From Thermoproteota archaeon (GTDB lineage Archaea > Korarchaeota > Korarchaeia > Korarchaeales > JAOZGB01): a DNA stretch of 64,000 nt. The position numbers and the translations under genes were made by a program. The first letter of the stretch is position 1; each line of letters opens with the position of its first letter. Where the stretch lies: NCBI GenBank assembly GCA_037917685.1, contig JAVCBU010000012.1, positions 96,001 through 160,000 of the forward strand. Direction: 5' to 3'. Below the pieces are notes generated by a model. It searched no databases. It was not told the DNA's origin and saw only the letters and a program-made list of their open reading frames with translations. This document shows, in pieces, positions 9,967-19,492 of this stretch.

Positions 9967-10842
9967 TTACATTGATTCTTCAAGGAGCCCAGAAATATCA
10001 ACGTTTTCTATCTCATGGTGAACCAAGGGTGTATCCTTGATTTGGGAAAGCATCTCTGTGTACGGCTTTTTCTGGCCATCTCTATAGAATATTCCTATAG
10101 GTATCCTGTCACTGTTCCCAGGCCATTCTAAAGCCCTTTCTACGGCATCTCTCCAGCTATTTGGGTCGTGCCCGGAGTCTTCTAGTTTGTAGACCTTTTT
10201 TGAAAATTCATGGTAGGTGTTGTAAAAGGTTACACAAGGTTGTAGTACATCTATGTGGGCAAACCCCCTATGCCTGATCGCTTCTTTTATGATCATTGTT
10301 AAATGTTGAACATCTCCGGAAAAAGCTCTTGCAACGAATGAAGAGCCAGACGCCAGCGAAAGCAAAATTGGGTTCAATGGTTCTTCAAGCGAGCCGTAGG
10401 GAGTGGATCTAGACTTGAAGTTCCGCGGGCTTGTAGGCGTGTATTGGCCTGTTGTCAGGCCGAAAACCATGTTATTATGCACAATATATACTATGTCATC
10501 GTTTCTCCTCGCAGCGTGAGTTAAGTGACCCCACCCTATCGAGTAAGCGTCTCCATCTCCGGCAAATCCTATGGCTATAAGATTGTGATTAGCCATCTTG
10601 GCCCCTGCAAGGAAGGGAATTACCCGGCCGTGAATCGTGTGAAAGGCATTTACGTTTATATAATCGGAGATCTTTCCGTGACAGCCTATCCCGGAAGCTA
10701 TAAGCACATTTTCTGGTTTAAGGTTTAGCTCCACTATTGCCCGTTTTACTGCTGCTAGGATTGCGAAGTTTCCACATCCTGGACACCACGTTATTTTCTT
10801 GGGGGTAGACAGCTCTTTAACCGTTAAGGGCTTAGATTTCAT
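9967..10842 (-). CDS. korB: 2-oxoacid:ferredoxin oxidoreductase beta subunit
   Basis: WCPGCGN, SGIGC, TIHGR, GDGD (TPP motif), GLTTGQ and LQPC. Confidence 0.93.
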   Translation of the reverse strand: MKSKPLTVKELSTPKKITWCPGCGNFAILAAVKRAIVELNLKPENVLIASGIGCHGKISDYINVNAFHTIHGRVIPFLAGAKMANHNLIAIGFAGDGDAYSIGWGHLTHAARRNDDIVYIVHNNMVFGLTTGQYTPTSPRNFKSRSTPYGSLEEPLNPILLSLASGSSFVARAFSGDVQHLTMIIKEAIRHRGFAHIDVLQPCVTFYNTYHEFSKKVYKLEDSGHDPNSWRDAVERALEWPGNSDRIPIGIFYRDGQKKPYTEMLSQIKDTPLVHHEIENVDISGLLEESM

Positions 10843-12544
10843 CCTTCAACACCTCTTTGATCCTGGCAGCTAACATTCCAGGTGAAAAGGGCCTCCCATC
10901 ATATCTTAGGATTTTCTCCCCTATCTCGATCCCTGTTTTCTCCCTTATCAATCCCGCTAATTGCCCCGTTTTATTACCTTCAACGTCAACTATTATTTTA
11001 TGTTTCTCAATCATCTGCCGGACAATGCTTGAAGGGAAGGGTTCGAGATAGCATATCTGCATGAACCTAACTTTGACCTGGTCTTCCTCTAATATTTTCA
11101 TAGCTTCTAAGAGGGGTCCTTTAGTGGAGCCCCACGCGATGATTAAGGTTTCAGCGTCTTCATAGCCGTATGTTTTCACTGGTTCGAGTTTCTCGATGTA
11201 TTTTTCTATGTGAGGTAGCTTTCTAAACCTTTTTTCAACCATTTTTGTTCTGACTGTTGCGTTGGGGGTTGCAAATCCTTCTTCTGTATGCTCACTACTC
11301 TGCCCTCTCACAATAACATTTGGGGTTGATGGTAATACCCTAGGGGATACCCCATCATTCACCAGCCTATATCTTTTATAGTTCCCGTTTTGAGCTGTAA
11401 TTTTCCCCCGTTCAATCTTTATTTCTTGCTTGAAGGGTTCTGTTGACATGTGGCTTTCTCCAAGATATTTATCTATAAGAACTATCACTGGGAGCTGGAA
11501 TACCTCGGAGATGTTAAACGCTTCTTGAATCCTCTGATAGCATTCATCCACATCTCCCGGCGCTACGACAACCCTTGGAAATTCGCTTTGCGACGCATGA
11601 AGTACTGTCCTAAGGTCTTCCTGGCCGGTGTAGGTTGCTATCCCCGTGCTTGGGCCAGGCCTTTGCGCTACTACTATTACTATAGGGGTTTCCGTCATGG
11701 CCGCCAGCCCAACCGTCTCACACATTAGCGAAAACCCACCTCCAGATGTTGCCGTCATTGCTCTTACCCCTGCAAATGACGCACCTAACACCATGTTTAC
11801 AGCTGAAATTTCAGATTCTGGCTGTATGACCACGATGTTATAATCATGCTGTTTTGCTGCAAGATAGTGGAGAATGGGAGAGGCTGGGGTCATAGGGTAT
11901 GCAGAGTAGAACTTGAGACCTGCCTTCAATGCTCCAATGGCTATCGCCTCGTTACCGGTTAGGATTATCTTTTTGTTCGAGGAGGGTTTTTCAAGGGTAA
12001 ATCTTATATTATATTTTTTAATGGTGTAGTTATAGCTTTCCCTGGCTATTAGGATGTTTAGTTTAGACTTTTCAGTGCCGAACACTCCGGCTATGACCCC
12101 TGTTAGAGTTTCAACTCTCAATCCTGCTATGGCTGTCATTGCTGCTACTGCGGCCATATTTCTCATTATTTTCCTCCCACCTGCCTTTAGGGTTATCTCT
12201 TCGAATGGAACTTCAACTCTTGAGCCATCAAAATCCTCTGGTGGCTTTGACTTTGAAGGGTCATATATGATGATGCCTTTACCGTGGAGTCTCCAGATAT
12301 GCTTGTCTATGGTTGCCTGGTTTAAAGCTGCTAGAATGTCTACGTGTTCTTTGTGACTGTATATTTTTCTCGACGAAGCCCTACCAAGGTAGAAGTTATG
12401 TCCCCCTCTTATAAGAGAAGGATAATCAAAGTATCCGAAGACGTAGTATCCACTCCTCAGCAGTGTTTTTGCAAAGATGTATCCTGATCTCTGTATACCA
12501 TCACCAGCCTCCCCACCTATTAGAAATGAAAGCTCATGACCCAT
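10832..12544 (-). CDS. korA: 2-oxoacid:ferredoxin oxidoreductase alpha subunit (gamma-alpha fusion)
   Basis: IGGEAGDG, IRGGHN, YPMTP, ATSGGG, QRPGPSTG and RYDGRPF. Confidence 0.93.
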   Translation of the reverse strand: MGHELSFLIGGEAGDGIQRSGYIFAKTLLRSGYYVFGYFDYPSLIRGGHNFYLGRASSRKIYSHKEHVDILAALNQATIDKHIWRLHGKGIIIYDPSKSKPPEDFDGSRVEVPFEEITLKAGGRKIMRNMAAVAAMTAIAGLRVETLTGVIAGVFGTEKSKLNILIARESYNYTIKKYNIRFTLEKPSSNKKIILTGNEAIAIGALKAGLKFYSAYPMTPASPILHYLAAKQHDYNIVVIQPESEISAVNMVLGASFAGVRAMTATSGGGFSLMCETVGLAAMTETPIVIVVAQRPGPSTGIATYTGQEDLRTVLHASQSEFPRVVVAPGDVDECYQRIQEAFNISEVFQLPVIVLIDKYLGESHMSTEPFKQEIKIERGKITAQNGNYKRYRLVNDGVSPRVLPSTPNVIVRGQSSEHTEEGFATPNATVRTKMVEKRFRKLPHIEKYIEKLEPVKTYGYEDAETLIIAWGSTKGPLLEAMKILEEDQVKVRFMQICYLEPFPSSIVRQMIEKHKIIVDVEGNKTGQLAGLIREKTGIEIGEKILRYDGRPFSPGMLAARIKEVLKDEI

Positions 12545-13060
12545 TAAGACCACTGTAAGCCTTTGCTGATTCTCCCTACCTGTAAAATATTAAAAAAATT
12601 AACTTGAAGCTGGACGTGATGGAGCCACCTACAACTCTCTAGACTTGAGTTCCTTCTCGTACAATTTCCGAGCTCTGAAGGTTTAATGTGATGGTTTCAC
12701 CGTACGAGAAAAGGGTTGCTGTACAGTTAAAAATGGCACATTTATTTTTATGGTCTAGGTATCCCTTTTTGACTGAGCTGGGTTTGGTAGGTACATGTTA
12801 CAAGCTGCGTTGCTATTTCTCTGAGCATGGGTTCTTTACTCCTAAATATGCCTGTAAATACGTCCCACGAGTAGGCTACTGGGTAAAATTTAACTTGAAC
12901 CTTCAGGGTGTCACCTCCATCGAATATGTATACTATTTCTAGTAGTAGTTTGCAAATTGTAGATAGGCACTATTTAGAATTAGTAGGCTTATAGTTAGGA
13001 GTATGCTTGCTCTCATCATTGTTAGGGGAAGCCTTTTTGAAGATTTAAACCTTTATATTA

Positions 13061-15307
13061 ATGGGTTTTAAGGCTATGGAAGTTCTAGAGAGAGTGTACA
13101 GGGAAGCCTTGGATAGTGGTGAGAGGCGTCTTTTAACGGTAGCTGCTGATGACAGCCTCGAGTTTATTGTTAAGTCTCTAGCCGATGTGTTAGGCCGGGC
13201 TTCCGGCGTCAGCCTCCTTTACTGTTCTGACTCATTAGATGGATTTGTCAGAGGAGAACAGGTTGTACGGGGGATACTTGAAGATATGGTAGATCTCACG
13301 GTGTTAGATTTCGATATGAGCGAGGTGGCTATGGGGGGGACATGGGATATTTTGATTGCTGATTTTTCCCATCAGATGAGGGCAAACGATATTGGGAGGC
13401 TTGTTGAAACTGTTAGGGGTGGCGGGCTAGTGTTGTTCGCCATCCCCCGGCTTTCGGAATGGTTAAACTCCTATCTGAAGTTTCAGTATAAGCTTGCATC
13501 TCCACCATACAAGATAGAGGATGTTAGGCAACTGTTTAAAGATAGGTTTATAAAGAGCCATAATAGGAGCGGTATAAACCTTTACGCCCCTCAGGAGGAT
13601 TTTGTTATAGAGAACCCTAGGAGAGTGGATTATAGAACTCCCCAGTTTATCCGGGTAGAGTGGGGTGATAAAAGCATTAGGGTTACCGGAGACCAAGCTG
13701 AAGCTGTTGAAACAATGGTTGAGACAGTAAGGGAGAAAGGTAAATCGTGTATGGTTCTCGTTGCAAACAGGGGGAGGGGTAAGTCTGCAGCTCTCGGTCT
13801 AGCTCTATCACATCTTGTTAGGGAGAAATCCATAAGGGATGTTGTTTTAACGGCGCCGGGTCTTGAGGGTATATCTATAGTGTTCCGTTTCCTTATGCTA
13901 GGATTAGATTCTTATGGAATACCCTACAGGAAGATTTATAGGAACGGTGAGCTAGTCGCGGTTAAGTCTAGGGGTATCACGGTTTTCTATCTTACTCCAA
14001 CAAGCGCTTCAGAGGTGAATGTAAAGTATAAGATTGTAGACGAGGCTGCGAGTATACCTATAAACCTTCTCTTCAAAATACTTGGTACTTCAAAGAAAAC
14101 TGTTTACTCGACTACCATTCATGGATATGAAGGTGCTGGCAGGGGTTTCTCCATCAGATTTCTTTGGAGGCTGAAGGAGTATAGTGATCTACAGGTTAGA
14201 ATGGTGAGAATGGAAACGCCTATTAGGTATCCACCTGGCGACCCGGTTGAAAACTGGCTATATGACTTTCTGCTTTTAAACGCGGAGCCGCCGGAGGTAG
14301 ACGAGAATTTAAAGCCTGAGGTAGCCGTATACAGGGCCGTAGATGTCTCCAACGTTGATGAAGAGCGGCTTAGGCGGTGGTATGGGATCTACGTTCTGGC
14401 TCACTATAGGAATAGGCCTAACGACATGGAGTATTTACTTGATTCACCTCATCACATGGCTAGATCTCTTGAATACGATGGCAAGCCGATTGTTAGCCTG
14501 CACATCGCTGAGGAGGGAAGAATTCCCTCGAAGGTTATAGTGGAGATGATGTCGGGGAGAGAGCCTCCAGGTCATATGATACCTCATAGAATGGCCATAC
14601 ATTATGGCTATAAGTCGTTTGCAAAGCTTTACGGCTGGAGAATAGTTAGAATAGCAGTCCATCCTGAGCTTCAGGGTAGAGGGTTCGGAAGCAAGGCTTT
14701 AGCTATGGTTGAGGCTGAGGCCAGGGAAAGAGGTGCTGACTGGGTTGGAGCTGGGTTCGGAGCTTCACCTTCCCTGTTAAGGTTTTGGCTAAAGAATGGG
14801 TATATCCCTGTGCATGCAAGCCCTAGGAGAAATGAGACTAGTGGTGAATTCAGTGTTTTCGTTGTCAAACCACTCAACAGGAATGTGGAGAAGCTTGTCA
14901 TAGGCGTAGCTAGGGAGTTTAAGACCAGGCTTATAGACAGTCTACACGACGTCTACTTCGGTATGAGCCCTACAATTTGCAGGCAGCTTTTATCAAAGGC
15001 CCAGATACCTTCAAAGCTTAGCCTGACAAGGTCGCAGCGTAGAAGGCTTCAGGGCTACCTTACTGGTAGACATACTTATGAAATGGCGTCTGACGCTCTT
15101 TACAGGATTGTTAAGAACTACTTCCTAAGATATCCCGGTAAGAGCCCCTTAACCGTTGAGATGGAGGATTTACTCTTAGCAAAGTGTCTGCAGGGTAAAA
15201 ACTGGCAACTAATAGCTTCAAACTTTAAGTTAAAAAAGCCTATAGAGGTGTTTAGGGAGGCCGCCATAAGGCTTGTAGAGTTCTACAGGATGGAGGGGAA
15301 GATATGA
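13061..15307 (+). CDS. tmcA: tRNA(Met)/RNA cytidine acetyltransferase TmcA/Nat10
   Basis: ETVRGGG, NRGRGKSA, DEAA, STTIHGYEGAGRGF, HYRNRPND and RIVRIAVHPELQGRGFG. Confidence 0.95.
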   Translation: MGFKAMEVLERVYREALDSGERRLLTVAADDSLEFIVKSLADVLGRASGVSLLYCSDSLDGFVRGEQVVRGILEDMVDLTVLDFDMSEVAMGGTWDILIADFSHQMRANDIGRLVETVRGGGLVLFAIPRLSEWLNSYLKFQYKLASPPYKIEDVRQLFKDRFIKSHNRSGINLYAPQEDFVIENPRRVDYRTPQFIRVEWGDKSIRVTGDQAEAVETMVETVREKGKSCMVLVANRGRGKSAALGLALSHLVREKSIRDVVLTAPGLEGISIVFRFLMLGLDSYGIPYRKIYRNGELVAVKSRGITVFYLTPTSASEVNVKYKIVDEAASIPINLLFKILGTSKKTVYSTTIHGYEGAGRGFSIRFLWRLKEYSDLQVRMVRMETPIRYPPGDPVENWLYDFLLLNAEPPEVDENLKPEVAVYRAVDVSNVDEERLRRWYGIYVLAHYRNRPNDMEYLLDSPHHMARSLEYDGKPIVSLHIAEEGRIPSKVIVEMMSGREPPGHMIPHRMAIHYGYKSFAKLYGWRIVRIAVHPELQGRGFGSKALAMVEAEARERGADWVGAGFGASPSLLRFWLKNGYIPVHASPRRNETSGEFSVFVVKPLNRNVEKLVIGVAREFKTRLIDSLHDVYFGMSPTICRQLLSKAQIPSKLSLTRSQRRRLQGYLTGRHTYEMASDALYRIVKNYFLRYPGKSPLTVEMEDLLLAKCLQGKNWQLIASNFKLKKPIEVFREAAIRLVEFYRMEGKI

Positions 15308-15639
15308 AGTGGAAAGTTCTAAAATTTAGGAGGAAGTACAAGGATAAAATAGTCTCAGGCGAGAAGACGTCCACCATAAGACTCGAGACAAGGCTCAAAC
15401 CCGGGGACACGGTACTTGTTATAGCGGGAAGCGAAACTATCGGAACAGCAAAGATCCTAGGGGTTACTGATAGGAAGTTTAAGGACCTAACCGAGGAGGA
15501 CGCCGGCCTAGATGGGTTTAGAAGCCTCCAAGAGCTGAGAGCTGAGCTAAAAGATATATATGGACCTCTTAATGAAGAGACAACCTTGAAACTTGTCAGA
15601 TTTAAATTTAAACCTAAGCCGCTAAATGAAAATATGTAA
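15304..15639 (+). CDS. ASCH domain protein, YqfB-like
   Basis: GEKTSTIR signature, KPGD, LTEEDAGLDGF and LKDIYG; ATGA overlap with tmcA. Confidence 0.88.
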   Translation: MKWKVLKFRRKYKDKIVSGEKTSTIRLETRLKPGDTVLVIAGSETIGTAKILGVTDRKFKDLTEEDAGLDGFRSLQELRAELKDIYGPLNEETTLKLVRFKFKPKPLNENM

Positions 15640-15653
15640 AATTAAATTTTCCT

Positions 15654-15735
15654 AGGCTATCAGCAGGTTTAAGGTCATTCTTGTCGATTATCATCATTGG
15701 TTAGTAGCCTCAGAGCCGGAAGTATATTTCATCCC
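15654..15735 (-). ncRNA. Candidate box C/D sRNA
   Basis: Minus strand reads GGATGA..CTGA..ATGATGA (15697-15691)..ATGA..CTGA (15663-15660), with a flanking AGGCTA/TAGCCT stem; intergenic. Confidence 0.25.
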
Positions 15736-15807
15736 ATTCTGTACCGGTACTTGTTGGCTTTAAAATTGTCTACATTTTTAATTTACTCTCCAGATGATAA
15801 GAGATAG

Positions 15808-16218
15808 ATGAATAAGAGGATTGTGAGATTCGGCGTAAGCATTCCTGGAGATCTCCTCGAACGCTTCGACAGGTTTATCGAGGACGCCGGCTATGCTAAT
15901 AGGTCTGAAGCCATCAGGTTCGCGATGAAGACTGTCATGTGGCAGTTTAACATGGAGAGAAGCGGTGGGGAAGCGATAGGTGTGATAGCTGTTCTGTTCG
16001 ACCACGATGTCAAAGGATGCCAGGAGGAGATCACTTCTGTCCAACATAAGTTTAAAGGAACTGTTCTAGGATCAAGCCATATACATCTTGGCAAGCTTTG
16101 TCTTGAAACAATCGTATGCAGAGGAACCATTACGTCTCTTACTAGGCTTTACAAGTGGATTGGGTCTATACGTGGCGTAGAGGCTACAAAGCTCATAATC
16201 CTCCCGAAGGGAGACTAG
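15808..16218 (+). CDS. nikR: Nickel-responsive regulator NikR
   Basis: RHH motif RFGVSIP...YANRSEAIR, plus DH, QH and HIH...CLE. Confidence 0.9.
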   Translation: MNKRIVRFGVSIPGDLLERFDRFIEDAGYANRSEAIRFAMKTVMWQFNMERSGGEAIGVIAVLFDHDVKGCQEEITSVQHKFKGTVLGSSHIHLGKLCLETIVCRGTITSLTRLYKWIGSIRGVEATKLIILPKGD

Positions 16219-18020
16219 AGAAGTAGGGTGGCGACAATTATAGCTATAGCTGCAATAAATACCGTAGGAGCAGCGACCTTTGAAAGGGCGGCTGTTGACC
16301 TTACGAGTGTTAGAAAACCTGGCATTGATGATCCAAAGATCTTAACTTTTACCCATGAGATTTTCCCGCTTACTACGGCAGGTTTAAAGTCTTGTATCGC
16401 TTCCCTCCCTAGATTGCAGGCCCATTCAGATATTATTTCAGGATCTATTTTAAGTCCAAGTTGGTTAAGGCCGAGGGTAATCTTATTTACTGAATGGGTA
16501 TCCGTGGATAAGACTTCAGCGTAGTCGTATCCTAGCTTACGTAGCTCCTCAACACATTTTAGCCTAACCTCTGGGAGCATGTTGTTGCAGTCGATTACAA
16601 GGTACGCTGTTTTTGTATCTCCAGTCTCTACAGCTAAAAGCTTCAGGCCTGCAGGTCCTATCCCTTTAGTCTCGTCAACTTGAGGTTTAAACTCTGAATA
16701 TCCTATTTTCAGCTGGTGTACAGCTGTATTCAGGGAAAGTTTGGATGCAGCTTTTATGGCTAGCCTTCTATAGTTAAAACCTGCTTCTGATGTAATAGTT
16801 ACGAGGAATCCCTCTTCCCTCAGGGAATTATGTGCATCCACAGGTATGACTAGGTTAAACCCGCAGCACGCTTTGACAGCATCCATCAGTGTTATTCCAA
16901 GGGCGAGATCTATGTCTTCTGTGTCATTGGGCGCGCGTGAAAGTATGAGTAGAAGGTTATCGCCGAACTGCTGGGCCATTACCCACTCCGAATTAGACTT
17001 TAAAATGATCGGATTACTACCCATGTTCGAGAGGGCCCTATATTCGCCTTTCGATACTTCTTGAACTATTAGGTCTACGTAGTCGGAGGATACAAGGTTA
17101 TACTCATGGCCTACAGTTCCATGTAGAACTATAACTTTGTCGAATGCGTTATTCTCTTTTAGTTTTTCTTCTATGAGGTATGGTAGATTGCTACTGCCGA
17201 GATGCATGAAGGGGCCTGGATGGACGTATGGTACTATGATCCCTATCGCCTCACCATTCCTTTCGATTTTAAGCGATATTACTGGTAGCACCGCTGCCTC
17301 CCCTATGGACTCAAAGAACGACTCTAGAGGGCCTGGTGAACCTCCTAGGATCTCCATTAACGCTATGTTTAATAGTTCCAGGGCCCCGGCGCCGTATCTA
17401 TCTTTAAGAGGTGCATCAACGAGGGTTATAAATGACCAGGAGGCTATAAGCATTACTATCATAGCCAGTAAGCCTTGTATCAGGGGGCTGCTAAAACCCA
17501 TCCTAATAGCTTGAAATGTTAGAAGCTGGTAGGCAGCTATAGAGAGGACGGGCTGTAATGCTGACAGAAAGAAGACTGGGATAAGGTTGTATCCCGATAC
17601 TGCTGTTATCGCAATGAATCTGAGTGCGAAAACAAGGGCATTAGACACTACAAACATACTAGTTGAAAACTCAATGTTGGAAATGTTTTCTATCAAAATA
17701 GAAGTGAAGAACAATGTTATTATAAGAAGTTCACCTGCAAGGGATAGAAAAGCCGACCTTCTAAGATCTAGAAGGTCCTCCCTTTTCCAGAATGATGTAA
17801 GACTGGCGGATACAAAGGAGGGGATGGAGAAAACAGTAAAACCGTAAATTGTTCCTTGAAATAGGCTTGACAGATTAAGCTTAAAGCTGCCTAGGATAAC
17901 TGTAACCAGTATCCCTGAGAATACGCCTATTAAAACGGTGAGAGGAATGGTAACACTTAACCTAGGAATTGAGAAAAAGTATTTTCCGAGTTTCGAGACA
18001 GCTAGCTCCATTTTCTTCAT
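16215..18020 (-). CDS. DUF2070 family membrane protein
   Basis: TM N-terminal half; PYVHPGPF, GSSNLP, DAHN, DCNN and STDTH motifs. Confidence 0.85.
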   Translation of the reverse strand: MKKMELAVSKLGKYFFSIPRLSVTIPLTVLIGVFSGILVTVILGSFKLNLSSLFQGTIYGFTVFSIPSFVSASLTSFWKREDLLDLRRSAFLSLAGELLIITLFFTSILIENISNIEFSTSMFVVSNALVFALRFIAITAVSGYNLIPVFFLSALQPVLSIAAYQLLTFQAIRMGFSSPLIQGLLAMIVMLIASWSFITLVDAPLKDRYGAGALELLNIALMEILGGSPGPLESFFESIGEAAVLPVISLKIERNGEAIGIIVPYVHPGPFMHLGSSNLPYLIEEKLKENNAFDKVIVLHGTVGHEYNLVSSDYVDLIVQEVSKGEYRALSNMGSNPIILKSNSEWVMAQQFGDNLLLILSRAPNDTEDIDLALGITLMDAVKACCGFNLVIPVDAHNSLREEGFLVTITSEAGFNYRRLAIKAASKLSLNTAVHQLKIGYSEFKPQVDETKGIGPAGLKLLAVETGDTKTAYLVIDCNNMLPEVRLKCVEELRKLGYDYAEVLSTDTHSVNKITLGLNQLGLKIDPEIISEWACNLGREAIQDFKPAVVSGKISWVKVKIFGSSMPGFLTLVRSTAALSKVAAPTVFIAAIAIIVATLLL

Positions 18021-18097
18021 GAAACCCTACTTATCTCTCCGGTACGTTGTAGTTTAATTATTTTAATGGTTTCCATGGTAACATTTAGGGGGCTAAT

Positions 18098-19414
18098 ATG
18101 ATTATCAGGGGGAGGTGGATTGCAACTTTCGACGAGGAAAACAGGATAATAAAGGAAGGGGGGATTCTCGTAGAGAACGGTATTATCAGCGAGGTTGGGA
18201 GCTTCGAGGAGGTTAAAAAGAGCAATCCATCTGAGGAGGTTGAAGATTTCGGCTTTCTAGTTATGCCAGGCCTTATATGTGCTCATTGCCATGCCTATGG
18301 GGCTTTCGCCAGGGGTATGCCGTTAAAGGGGGCTCCGCCTACGAATTTCGTTGAGATACTGGAGAGGATATGGTGGCACCTGGACAAGAAGCTTACTTTA
18401 GACGATACATATTATAGCGGACTGGTCACTGCGATTGAATCTTTAAAACATGGAACTACATCTATATTTGACCATCACGCCAGCCCGTACGCTATTACTG
18501 GAAGCTTAGACAGGTTGAAAGAGGCGTATTTAAAAGTCGGTTTGAGAGCTAACATCGCATATGAAGTCTCTGACAGAGATGGGTTGGAGAAGGCTGAAGA
18601 GGGCATCAAGGAGAACGTCAGATTTATAAGGATGAACAAGGGGAATGATTTTATAAGCGGAAGCTTTGGTCTTCACGCTTCCCTTACACTCTCAGATCAG
18701 ACGCTTGTGAAATGTGTTGAGGAAGCTAAAGAGCTGGGGGTTGGATTCCATATACATGTAGCTGAGGATATCGCCGACGTTAAAGACAGCCTGAAGAAGT
18801 CTGGCTTCAGAGTTGTCGAGAGGCTTTGGAACCATTCAATTCTGGGAGATAGGAGTATAGCCGCTCACTGTGTGAATATAAGTAGTAGGGAGATAAGGAT
18901 TTTAAAAGAAACCGGGGCGTGGGTTGTCCACAATCCAGAGTCTAATATGAACAACGCTGTGGGAGTTGCACCCGTCAAGAACATGATGGATGCAGGTGTA
19001 AAAGTCTGCCTCGGAACCGATGGATTCACTATGGATATGTTTAGAGAGTCAAAGGTTGCATTCATACTCCACAAGCTTTACACGGCTGATCCGAGAACTA
19101 TGCCTGCTGAAAGGGTGGTAGAAATGTTCAGGTGGAATTCCATGCTTTTCAAAAGCTACTTCCCAAGACCAGCAGGAGTAATTGAGAGGGGTGCATACGC
19201 AGATCTCGTCGGACTGGACTACAATCCATATACCCCCATGAATTCCGGAAACTTCCCGTGGCATTTCATATTTGGAATCGACGCCTCCAACATTAATGTA
19301 GTCATGGTTGGTGGGAAAATAGTGTTTAAGAATGGTAGAATTTTAACTGTAAACGAAGAAGATGTTTACAAGAGAGCATTCAAGCTTGCTGAAAAGCTGT
19401 GGAAGAGGCTATAA
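18098..19414 (+). CDS. ssnA: Metal-dependent aminohydrolase, SsnA-like
   Basis: CAHCH, DHHASP, GLHAS, HIHVAE, HNPESNMNNAVG and LGTDG. Confidence 0.85.
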   Translation: MIIRGRWIATFDEENRIIKEGGILVENGIISEVGSFEEVKKSNPSEEVEDFGFLVMPGLICAHCHAYGAFARGMPLKGAPPTNFVEILERIWWHLDKKLTLDDTYYSGLVTAIESLKHGTTSIFDHHASPYAITGSLDRLKEAYLKVGLRANIAYEVSDRDGLEKAEEGIKENVRFIRMNKGNDFISGSFGLHASLTLSDQTLVKCVEEAKELGVGFHIHVAEDIADVKDSLKKSGFRVVERLWNHSILGDRSIAAHCVNISSREIRILKETGAWVVHNPESNMNNAVGVAPVKNMMDAGVKVCLGTDGFTMDMFRESKVAFILHKLYTADPRTMPAERVVEMFRWNSMLFKSYFPRPAGVIERGAYADLVGLDYNPYTPMNSGNFPWHFIFGIDASNINVVMVGGKIVFKNGRILTVNEEDVYKRAFKLAEKLWKRL

Positions 19415-19492
19415 GTTCTTATCGCTTGCAAACTAATCATTATACTAGAGATTTAGTAAGTACTAGTAGGCCTTATTAACAGAAATTAAAAA

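Noticed and set aside
9909-10001. Extended N-termini in the ORF track for mobB (also 30126-30185 and 30403-30486)
   Set aside because: Overlap neighbouring genes or promoter regions; family motifs begin at the downstream starts
12560-13060. 84-aa ORF 12688-12942 and stop-interrupted minus-strand frames in the korA-tmcA gap
   Set aside because: No recognisable motif; may be a decayed gene or divergent promoter region but cannot be supported
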